A stretch of DNA of 64,000 nucleotides from a bacterium (GTDB lineage Bacteria > Hinthialibacterota > Hinthialibacteria > Hinthialibacterales > Hinthialibacteraceae). Numbering within the stretch: the first letter of the stretch is position 1; each line of letters opens with the position of its first letter. Below are positions 50,834-59,055 of the stretch, one piece after another. The notes under the pieces were generated by a model, which was given only the letters and a program-made list of their open reading frames with translations, had not been told where the DNA came from and made no database searches. The position numbers and the translations under genes are program-made. Location of the stretch: assembly GCA_963662285.2 (NCBI GenBank), contig CAXXMV010000006.1, forward strand, positions 736,001 through 800,000. Direction: 5' to 3'.

Positions 50834-51223
50834 CATGGCGCTGGCTTTCCAAAGCAGCAGTGCTGGCTATTCACTGCGAACAGATCACTGAACACGGAGG
50901 CGGAAAAGGCGTCCGTGATGAAGGATTACTGGAATCCGCCTTATCCCGTCCTCTCCATTTGGCCGTCTATAGCAACGCTGGAGCTATGGAACTCTATGGA
51001 ACTAGCATCTGCCTACGCTTTTGGCATCGCCCGCAACCATCCTTTTGTCGATAGTAATAAACGGACAGTTTTTATAGTGGCAGCTACTTTTTTGTTCTTG
51101 AATGGATATATCATTACCGCTTCTGACAAAGAAGTCGTTGAAACCTTCCTGAGTCTCGCAGCTGGTGAACTCTCCGAAAAAGAATTATCGTTATGGTTCT
51201 CAAAGCATACTATTCAAAAATAA
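50830..51223 (+). pseudogene. doc: Doc (Fic-family) toxin frameshifted by a 10-bp tandem duplication
   Basis: GVRDEGLLESALSRP in one frame, RNHPFVDSNKRT in another; CTATGGAACT duplicated at 50984-51003. Confidence 0.85.
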
Positions 51224-51417
51224 TAATATACCAGAAACAAATGTAAAAGTGAAATATTTAAAATCCTAGAATCGTGAGGTTAATGTATACCCTACACGTA
51301 TAAATACGTCTTAGAAATTATTGACGATTTTAAACATCCGTGATATTAATTTGTAGAATTGATTTATCTACGGTGTTTTTTGTATCATCGAATAGTTTGT
51401 AGAATGGGGAAAAATCA

Positions 51418-52881
51418 ATGAAACGATTCATGTTTTCATGTTTATGCTTTATGGCATTGGGTATAAATTGTTTTGCGCAAAATCCTAAATATATTGATTT
51501 CTCCGGCGATAGCGCGGAAACCAATGGCATCACACTGATGGGGGCGGGATTTGGCGAGTACCCCATGCCGGATGTATCATTTGGCGATATACCCATTGAT
51601 AACGCCTTCGAAAACGCCACCGATGGCCGGGGGATGATTATCAAAGCTGATCCGGGCGAAGGCGTTATGATAAAAACCTCGCAAATAACAACTTCCAATT
51701 GCGCCTTATTACGTTGCTCCGTGCGTATGAACGCTCCTCATGCATCTCTCTGCCTGGCATCGGTTGATCAAAGCGAAAATAGTTTTGTTTCGACCATTAC
51801 GCCAGCCAATCCATTATCTTTCGTCAATCAATATCAACGCATTGCCGATTTCTTTCTTCCCCCATCCACCGGATTCCAGGGAATCATTCAAGTTATCAAC
51901 ACCAGCCAAACTGAAATGCTAACCGTTTATATTGATAACTTTGAAATAATAGAAATGGCGCCGGACAGGATTAATGTTGCAATTGAGGATATTGTAGGTT
52001 TCAACTCCCCTATTCCGGAGCATACGCCGACGCCTACTCCAACGCCGACGCAATCAGGCTTCACCGGCGAAACCGAAACCGTCCAACTCGATCTCCCCGA
52101 AGGCGCAACAGAACTGGTAATGGTTAAAATCCCGGCGGGTGTATTTACTATGGGATCGCCAGCGGATGAGCGGGGGAGAAACGATGATCATGAGTGGCCG
52201 CCTCATCATGTCACGCTCACTAAGGATTTCCTCATCGGACAACACGAAATCACCCAAGCCCAGTATCAAGCCATAATGGATGCCAATCCCTCCAAATATA
52301 ATAACAACCCGAATAATCCGGTTGAAACAGTAACTTGGTATGATGCGGCGAAGTTCTGCAATGAGTTAAGTAGACAGAAGGGATTAACCCCGGTTTATTC
52401 CGAATCACCCTGGTGGGAGACCAATTGGTTAGCCGATGGTTACCGGTTGCCGACAGAAGCGGAGTGGGAATATGCCTGCCGGGCGGGAACCCAAACCCGC
52501 TTTTCATACGGGGACGCTTTGGAAATGGCCGATGTAGGAGAGGAGTATAACGAGCTTGGCGACCAGTATATGTGGTGGAGAGGCAACAATACATATAACG
52601 GAAATATATCTGGAACAAAAGAAGTGGGATTAAAGAAGCCCAATTCGTGGAATCTCTATGATATGCATGGCAACGTGTGGGAGTGGTGTAATGATATGTA
52701 CGAGGCTCCAAGCGACCGGGGCCCGGTAACTGATCCACATGATGCCCATGGTGATTACAGGGTGATCCGGGGCGGCAGTTGGAACTACAATGCCTGGATG
52801 TCCCGTTCCGCTAACCGTTTCTTTTACAAATCCAACACCAGTATCGCCTACTGGGGTTTTCGTGTTTGTAGGTCTCTGTAG
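51418..52881 (+). CDS. Secreted protein: unknown N-terminal domain, PT linker, FGE/SUMF1 (CLec-fold) domain
   Basis: FTMGSP, YRLPTEAEWEYACRAG, LYDMHGNVWEW, RGGSW, GFRV; lacks the catalytic Cys pair of true FGE. Confidence 0.85.
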   Translation: MKRFMFSCLCFMALGINCFAQNPKYIDFSGDSAETNGITLMGAGFGEYPMPDVSFGDIPIDNAFENATDGRGMIIKADPGEGVMIKTSQITTSNCALLRCSVRMNAPHASLCLASVDQSENSFVSTITPANPLSFVNQYQRIADFFLPPSTGFQGIIQVINTSQTEMLTVYIDNFEIIEMAPDRINVAIEDIVGFNSPIPEHTPTPTPTPTQSGFTGETETVQLDLPEGATELVMVKIPAGVFTMGSPADERGRNDDHEWPPHHVTLTKDFLIGQHEITQAQYQAIMDANPSKYNNNPNNPVETVTWYDAAKFCNELSRQKGLTPVYSESPWWETNWLADGYRLPTEAEWEYACRAGTQTRFSYGDALEMADVGEEYNELGDQYMWWRGNNTYNGNISGTKEVGLKKPNSWNLYDMHGNVWEWCNDMYEAPSDRGPVTDPHDAHGDYRVIRGGSWNYNAWMSRSANRFFYKSNTSIAYWGFRVCRSL

Positions 52882-52908
52882 TCATTAAAGTTAGAATTCG
52901 GCAAACAT

Positions 52909-52996
52909 TGTCTGAATCAAGATACCCAGGATGGAAGAATACTCAAGATGATGTTATCCTGCTTATCTTTTAATCCGGTAAATCCAGATTCAGACA
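52909..52996. mobile_element. Short MITE-like element, same termini as 48860-49011
   Basis: TGTCTGAATCAAGAT ... ATCCAGATTCAGACA. Confidence 0.5.
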
Positions 52997-53051
52997 AAAA
53001 AAATGGTTTTTCTGAAAAAAACCTCTTGACTATTATGCTTGATAGGTATAA

Positions 53052-53177
53052 TGTTTACATATAAACAAACAAGAGTTAGATATATGCATCAGCAAACCAA
53101 ACTTGGATTCAACATCAGCGGCTTGATTCATCGCATCAGAGATATTTTTTTAGATTGATTGTTTATAAATAAACAAT
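53052..53177. promoter_or_regulatory. Two palindromic operator-like sites TGTTTA-N4-TAAACA upstream of aas
   Basis: 53052-53067 (abutting TATAAT at 53047-53052) and 53160-53175. Confidence 0.55.
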
Positions 53178-53208
53178 TTACCAAAAAACAATTACAGGGA
53201 GAAAGACA

Positions 53209-56200
53209 ATGTCTACAGGGAAACTAAACCAACTATTAAAATCGGGCGGCTTCCAGTCATTTTTATGGACCCAGTTCTTCGGCGCCTTTAACGATAATCT
53301 GTTCAAGGTGGTTGTCACCTTTTTCGCCGCCAGTATGGCTGTATCAGCACATGAAGGCGGCGGCAACATTGCGATTATCGGCGCTGTTTTTATTCTACCG
53401 TTCCTGCTTTTTTCCGGTTACGCAGGCCATTTCGCCGATGTGTGCAATAAGCGAACTGTTCTGATTGTTACCAAATCGCTGGAAATCCTATCCATGACGC
53501 TGGGCACGGCGGCCTTTCTGACGCAGCGGATTGAACCTTTATTGGCCGTATTGTTCCTGATGGCGTTGCAATCCACCTTTTTCAGCCCGGCCAAGTACGG
53601 CATATTGCCCGAAATGCTGCCCGACCGCGATCTATCCCGCGCCAACGGCCTGTTGGAGATGAGCACCTTTCTAGCCATAATACTGGGCACGGCCTTGGGT
53701 GGAATCTTCTTCACCAGTTGGCAAGATGATCTCTGGATGGTTGGCGTGATTTTCATTATCATTGCAGTGCTGGGAACCATAATCAGTTTCGGCATCCCCA
53801 AAGTTCCCGCCTCCGGCTCCACCAAAAAACTCAGCCTCAATCCCTGGCGCGAAATCGTGACTGGCCTTAAGCATCTATATAGCCAAAAGCCGCTATGGAT
53901 GACTGTAGTAGGCATATCATATTTCTGGTTTCTCGGCGCATTATTCCAAATGGACATTTTTCTCCTGGGTAAAGAAACTCTGTCTGTGGATGAAAGAATG
54001 ACCGGATTTTTATTAACATGCCTGGCGGTTGGCATCGGCGTTGGCAGCCTGTTAGCTGGACGGTTATCGGGAGATAAGGTAGAATTGGGCTTGGTTCCCA
54101 TCGGCTCAATCGGCATGGGCGTCTTCTCATTGCTGATTTACGCCGTATCTCCCTCATATTTATATACGGGAATCTGTCTGGTATTCCTAGGATTATCCAG
54201 CGGTCTATTTATTGTTCCGCTATATGCATATCTACAGCAAAAAAGCGGAGCGCAGGAAAAAGGCCGCTTGATCGCCACCAATAATTTCCTTAACACTGTC
54301 GGCATCCTATTGGCATCCATCGCCTTGTGGATCACGCATAGCCTGCTGGGATTTACCCCCGGACAGATAATATTGGCGTTGGGAATCCTGACTCTATTAG
54401 GAACCATATACATCCTGACCATTCTACCGGACTTCCTAATTAGGTTTACCCTATGGCTATTAACTCACACCTTCTACAAAATACGTATCAGGGGCCAGCA
54501 AAATGTACCCATAGAAGGCCCGGCGCTGCTGGTTTCCAATCATATTTCTTATATGGACGGTCTGATTATCGGCGCCTGCATTCAAAGATTCGTCCGTTTC
54601 ATGATGTATAAACCTTTTTATGATGCCAAAACCTTCAATTGGTTTTTCCGTTCCATGAGAGCCATTCCCGTAGATGGCAGCAACCGTAAATCTATTGTTG
54701 AATCAATCCGGAAGGCGCGTGAAGAGTTGCAAGCGGGTCAAGTAGTCTGCATTTTCGCCGAAGGCGGAGTCAGCCGCACCGGCGGGATTCTTCCTTTCAA
54801 ACGTGGTTTTGAGAAAATTGCTGAGGGATTAGACGCGCCGATTATCCCTGTTAATCTCGATGGATTATGGGGCAGCCTGTTCAGTTACGCCAAAGGAAAG
54901 TTCTTTTGGAAAATGCCGCAGCGCATACCCTATCCTGTAACAGTCTCCTTTGGAGAACCAATGGCCGCCGATTCATCAGCTGCGCAAGTGCAACAGGCCG
55001 TGATGGAATTGGGCAGCGATGCGGCTGAATTACGGAAACATCCCAATGATTTGCTGCACCGTCGTTTTATCCAAAAAGCCAAAAGACGCTGGTTCCGCTT
55101 TTGCATGGCCGACTCTAGCGGCAAAGAACTGAACTATGGAAAAACCCTGACCGCCAGCCTTCTGCTGGCCCGCTGGATCAAGCGCCAATGTCGCAATGAA
55201 TCCATGATAGGTTTGATGCTGCCCTCATCGGTTGGAGGTGCTCTGGTTAATATTGGCGCGCTTTGCGCTGGCAAGACGCCTGTCAATCTTAATTTCACTG
55301 CGGGAACAAGCGCGATAGAATCAGCCATTAATCAATGCAATATCCGCACCATTATTACTTCGCGCATTTTCCTGAAGAAAGCCGCCATCAAAGCAACGGA
55401 TTCAATGGTTTTTGTAGAAGATATCTTGAAAGATTTCTCTCTGTTACGCAAAGCATGGACCGCAATCACGGCATTCATTCTACCCGCCAGGCTGCTTTCT
55501 TTTCTATATAATAGAGAAGACCAATCTCCCGATGATACCGCCACCATAATTTTTTCCAGCGGCAGCACCGGAGAACCCAAAGGCGTCATGCTTTCGCATT
55601 ACAATATAATATCCAATGTAAAGGATATCGCTCAAGTTTTTTCGATGACCACCAATGATCGAATCCTGGGCATTCTTCCTTTTTTCCATTCCTTCGGTTT
55701 TACCGGCGCTCTTTGGCTTCCCTTGCTCAATGGATTTGGCGTCGCGTATCATCCCAATCCATTGGAAGCGAAAAAGATCGGTCAACTCGTTCAGCAATAC
55801 CAGGTAAGTTTGATGATAACCGCCCCTACATTCTGCAATGCCTATATCCGCAAATGCACGGCTGAAGAGTTTGCTTCATTACGTATGGTCGTAGTGGGAG
55901 CGGAAAAACTGCAAACTTCCATTGCTCAGGCCTTCAAGGATAAATTCGGCCTTGATCTATTGGAGGGATATGGCTGCTCTGAGATGAGTCCCTGCGTGGC
56001 AGTGAATGCGCCGGATGTAGTAGACGGGAGAGTTAAGCAAATCGGCCATCAACCTGGAACCGTAGGACATCCCTTGCCAAGTTTATCGGTAAAAGTGGTC
56101 AATCCAGATACTATGGAACCATTGGAGAACGGCGACGAAGGCTTATTGTTGGTTCGGGGACCAAGCCGGATGACTGGATATCTCAATCAACCAGAAAAAA

Positions 56201-56634
56201 CCAATCAGGTCTTCGTCAACGGTTGGTATAATACCGGCGATATTGCGCGAATCGATGAAAATGGATTTATCCAAATCACCGACCGTTTGTCGCGTTTCAG
56301 TAAAATCGGCGGGGAAATGGTTCCCCATATCAAAATCGAAGAAGCAATCAATAAAACTGTTGCGGAAGACGTATGTTATGTAGTTTCCATCCCCGACGAC
56401 CGTAAAGGAGAACAGTTAGTTGTACTTTACACTAAAGAAGATTTCGATGTGAATGATGTATGGAACAGGTTGAAACAGTCAACCCTGCCGCGTCTTTGGA
56501 TTCCCAAGGAAGATCATTTTTATCACATAAACGAACTGCCCCAACTGGGAAGCGGCAAAGTTAATTGGAGAGAAATGAACCGAATGGCGAGGGCGTTTTG
56601 TAATCTAGAACCTCAACAGCTTAATTGTGGATAG
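53209..56634 (+). CDS. aas: Acyl-[ACP]-phospholipid O-acyltransferase fusion (LplT-like MFS + PlsC + acyl-ACP synthetase)
   Basis: TQFFGAFNDN, FSPAKYG, NHISYMD, FSSGSTGEPKG, EGYGCSE, SRFSKIGGEMV. Confidence 0.93.
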   Translation: MSTGKLNQLLKSGGFQSFLWTQFFGAFNDNLFKVVVTFFAASMAVSAHEGGGNIAIIGAVFILPFLLFSGYAGHFADVCNKRTVLIVTKSLEILSMTLGTAAFLTQRIEPLLAVLFLMALQSTFFSPAKYGILPEMLPDRDLSRANGLLEMSTFLAIILGTALGGIFFTSWQDDLWMVGVIFIIIAVLGTIISFGIPKVPASGSTKKLSLNPWREIVTGLKHLYSQKPLWMTVVGISYFWFLGALFQMDIFLLGKETLSVDERMTGFLLTCLAVGIGVGSLLAGRLSGDKVELGLVPIGSIGMGVFSLLIYAVSPSYLYTGICLVFLGLSSGLFIVPLYAYLQQKSGAQEKGRLIATNNFLNTVGILLASIALWITHSLLGFTPGQIILALGILTLLGTIYILTILPDFLIRFTLWLLTHTFYKIRIRGQQNVPIEGPALLVSNHISYMDGLIIGACIQRFVRFMMYKPFYDAKTFNWFFRSMRAIPVDGSNRKSIVESIRKAREELQAGQVVCIFAEGGVSRTGGILPFKRGFEKIAEGLDAPIIPVNLDGLWGSLFSYAKGKFFWKMPQRIPYPVTVSFGEPMAADSSAAQVQQAVMELGSDAAELRKHPNDLLHRRFIQKAKRRWFRFCMADSSGKELNYGKTLTASLLLARWIKRQCRNESMIGLMLPSSVGGALVNIGALCAGKTPVNLNFTAGTSAIESAINQCNIRTIITSRIFLKKAAIKATDSMVFVEDILKDFSLLRKAWTAITAFILPARLLSFLYNREDQSPDDTATIIFSSGSTGEPKGVMLSHYNIISNVKDIAQVFSMTTNDRILGILPFFHSFGFTGALWLPLLNGFGVAYHPNPLEAKKIGQLVQQYQVSLMITAPTFCNAYIRKCTAEEFASLRMVVVGAEKLQTSIAQAFKDKFGLDLLEGYGCSEMSPCVAVNAPDVVDGRVKQIGHQPGTVGHPLPSLSVKVVNPDTMEPLENGDEGLLLVRGPSRMTGYLNQPEKTNQVFVNGWYNTGDIARIDENGFIQITDRLSRFSKIGGEMVPHIKIEEAINKTVAEDVCYVVSIPDDRKGEQLVVLYTKEDFDVNDVWNRLKQSTLPRLWIPKEDHFYHINELPQLGSGKVNWREMNRMARAFCNLEPQQLNCG

Positions 56635-56705
56635 AGGAAAATCACATGCAAATTAATTTTAATCTATCGAAATGGAAAACCATTCTTCCAAGAGGAATCA
56701 AGATA

Positions 56706-57611
56706 ATGCAAAAAAACTGGTTGCTTTTATCAATAACTTTCTTGTTGCTGCTCACAGGTTTTGCGGGATGCGGCGCTATCACCACTCATCTGGTTAAACG
56801 CGCCGACCAACATGCTCTACGCAATCCCGACACTGGCCTGTTGATCGGAGCGGAAGAACGGGATCTGGGCGACGCCAATTCATCATGCGGCGTATTGTTG
56901 GTTCACGGCTTCATTGGCGGGGGCAACAACTTCGCTGATCTACCCGAACGGCTTGCGCAACGGGGATGGCATGTCCGCGTCATGCGACTCCCCGGTCATG
57001 GAACCAGCCCCTTGGATTTTGAGAAACAGACGCCGGACGAATTGATCCAAGCGGTTCGCAATGAAATATCACAAATGAAAAAACAACATGACACAGTTGC
57101 CGTAGTCGGCCATTCCATGGGATGCGCCCTCAGCGCCATCGCTATATCAGAAACTCCCGTGGATAAACTTGTGCTGGGAGCGCCCTATTTCTCCATCACC
57201 TACCGCTGGCCGCTAGTGCTAAAAGTCGAAACATGGACTACCCTGCTTCAACCGATTATACGTTGGGTCTACAAAGGAAAACACTTCATGCAAGTCAACC
57301 GCAAGGAAGCCAGAGACAAAATCCTCTCCTATGCATGGGTTCCAACCAAAGGCGCCAAGACGCTTATTAGACTAGGCGATCAAGCCAGACAAGATGATGT
57401 ACTAGAGAACATTCACTGCCCGGTTCTGATGATTCACGCCCATGGCGACCGCGCCGCCTCTCACAAAGCAGCCTTGAAAGCCTACAAAAAGTTAGCCTCT
57501 CAGGAAAAACAATTTCATTGGCTAGAGCGCTCAAATCATCAAATTTTCTGGGATTATGAAAGCGAAGAGGTAATGGATGCAATAGAAACTTTTCTGGGAA
57601 TGCCGCAATAA
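56706..57611 (+). CDS. Alpha/beta-hydrolase lipoprotein (esterase/lysophospholipase-like)
   Basis: Lipobox FAGC if start is 56706 (alternative 56646); LVHGF, LPGHG, GHSMG, SNH. Confidence 0.85.
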   Translation: MQKNWLLLSITFLLLLTGFAGCGAITTHLVKRADQHALRNPDTGLLIGAEERDLGDANSSCGVLLVHGFIGGGNNFADLPERLAQRGWHVRVMRLPGHGTSPLDFEKQTPDELIQAVRNEISQMKKQHDTVAVVGHSMGCALSAIAISETPVDKLVLGAPYFSITYRWPLVLKVETWTTLLQPIIRWVYKGKHFMQVNRKEARDKILSYAWVPTKGAKTLIRLGDQARQDDVLENIHCPVLMIHAHGDRAASHKAALKAYKKLASQEKQFHWLERSNHQIFWDYESEEVMDAIETFLGMPQ

Positions 57612-57634
57612 CCACTCGTAAATCTAGTATGAAC

Positions 57635-57677
57635 AAAAAAAAACAGCCCTGGAAATTTAACAAAATCTCCAGGGCTG
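57635..57677 (-). terminator. Intrinsic terminator between convergent genes
   Basis: A-run followed by CAGCCCTGGA...TCCAGGGCTG. Confidence 0.65.
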
Positions 57678-57699
57678 AATTAATTCAAGCAATGCGTCG

Positions 57700-58743
57700 T
57701 TATTGTAATTCCCAATTAGATACGGCAGTCGAAGATTTGGCGCCCATGATTAAAGCGGACAGGAATTCGCTGCTATTCCAATTTGCATCGTGTCCTGTCG
57801 TATTGGTCTGATGTTCGCGGGAAGGCGCATCACCCCAAATATCTGCATCGTTTTGTTGAACTGTGAATCCAATCACAGTATTCACTTCCATGTCCAATTG
57901 TTCATGCACCGGATCTTCCCAATATTCCAACCAACCATTGGCAATATTCTCAGGTGCGAGAAGATCCACTCCCAGATCAGCGTTTGGCATCAGATAGCCA
58001 TAAGGGACAATCTTGACCTCCCAATTGTATTCCACGGGAGCTCCCGCCCATTCGGTTACGTCTGGTTGAGTTATTCTAATTTGTGCGGCTGATGCGAAAT
58101 AATCATCAGCAATATTCCATGGAGCATGAGTCCCATCTAAACCCAACGATCCTTCGATTCGTTCGAATACCGGAACTGGAACAAATTCGGTGCTTGGCGC
58201 AATTCCACCACCTTCTGTATAGAAATATCCTACGCTGCCATCAAATAATACGCCTGCTTCAATATCATTGGCTTCATCCCATGGATCCCAACTATTGGGT
58301 AAATCGAGAACATATTGTTGATGCATACCCGATGTGGTAGTGGATGCAGAATCTCCAGTGTTCGTACCGTCGATAACGATTTCCAATCGTTCATTATTGT
58401 AACCATCGGTGCCAAGACTTGAGCCTAATCCCCTCGTGCATACTAAAGCATCGTCAATCACGTTTAGTGCAAAATACAGTGCATTCGTCTCATCATCCCA
58501 TGCGATTTTCAACACGATATCCAGATCGCCTGACCCCGGAGCAGCGGCTGGTGAGTCGCCATCCAGATTCATGGGTATTGCAGGAACTCCAGCCCACATG
58601 GCATCGGACAGGTCTCCATCAATTACCGGAACCTCGGATAATTCAGGAATTGTGAATGAATTAACATTCACCGATACATCCTGCGCAGAACACAAAAGCG
58701 CACCTGCGCATACGAGTACAAAAATGAATACAACTTTTTTCAT
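57700..58743 (-). CDS. Secreted CBM9/DOMON-like sugar-binding protein, acidic
   Basis: PVIDGDLSDAMW, AWDD..LYFALNVIDD, WEVKIVP, IGFTVQQND; ends TAVSNWELQ. Confidence 0.7.
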   Translation of the reverse strand: MKKVVFIFVLVCAGALLCSAQDVSVNVNSFTIPELSEVPVIDGDLSDAMWAGVPAIPMNLDGDSPAAAPGSGDLDIVLKIAWDDETNALYFALNVIDDALVCTRGLGSSLGTDGYNNERLEIVIDGTNTGDSASTTTSGMHQQYVLDLPNSWDPWDEANDIEAGVLFDGSVGYFYTEGGGIAPSTEFVPVPVFERIEGSLGLDGTHAPWNIADDYFASAAQIRITQPDVTEWAGAPVEYNWEVKIVPYGYLMPNADLGVDLLAPENIANGWLEYWEDPVHEQLDMEVNTVIGFTVQQNDADIWGDAPSREHQTNTTGHDANWNSSEFLSALIMGAKSSTAVSNWELQ

Positions 58744-59055
58744 AATCTACTACCTCCCGATATAATATATAATGCATTGATATCAAAACTTATAACAAAT
58801 TATTAAACGAAAGTCAATCGAAAATTAATATATTTTCGATATATCGATTTAATTTTCGCAATTGAATACACTTATCTAGCCTATCTTTATTAATTTCAGT
58901 AAAATGAACTAGTTAAAGATTAAAGCGGTTAACAAAAATATATGCACATTGAAAACATTGGATTTGTTAAAAGACTCATCTTTTGGGGACTTTTCACAAC
59001 CGCATTGACGTACGTTATTATTAGAATCGCTCTAATTTAAGGAGATCCTAGAAGG

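Noticed and set aside
51418-52881. True formylglycine-generating enzyme for the sulfatase
   Set aside because: Lacks the catalytic Cys pair after RGGS and has a secreted multidomain architecture.
53418-54116. Long antisense ORFs (also 4698-5261, 1549-2034, 52250-52738 and others)
   Set aside because: Shadows of well-supported genes on the opposite strand with no recognisable motifs.
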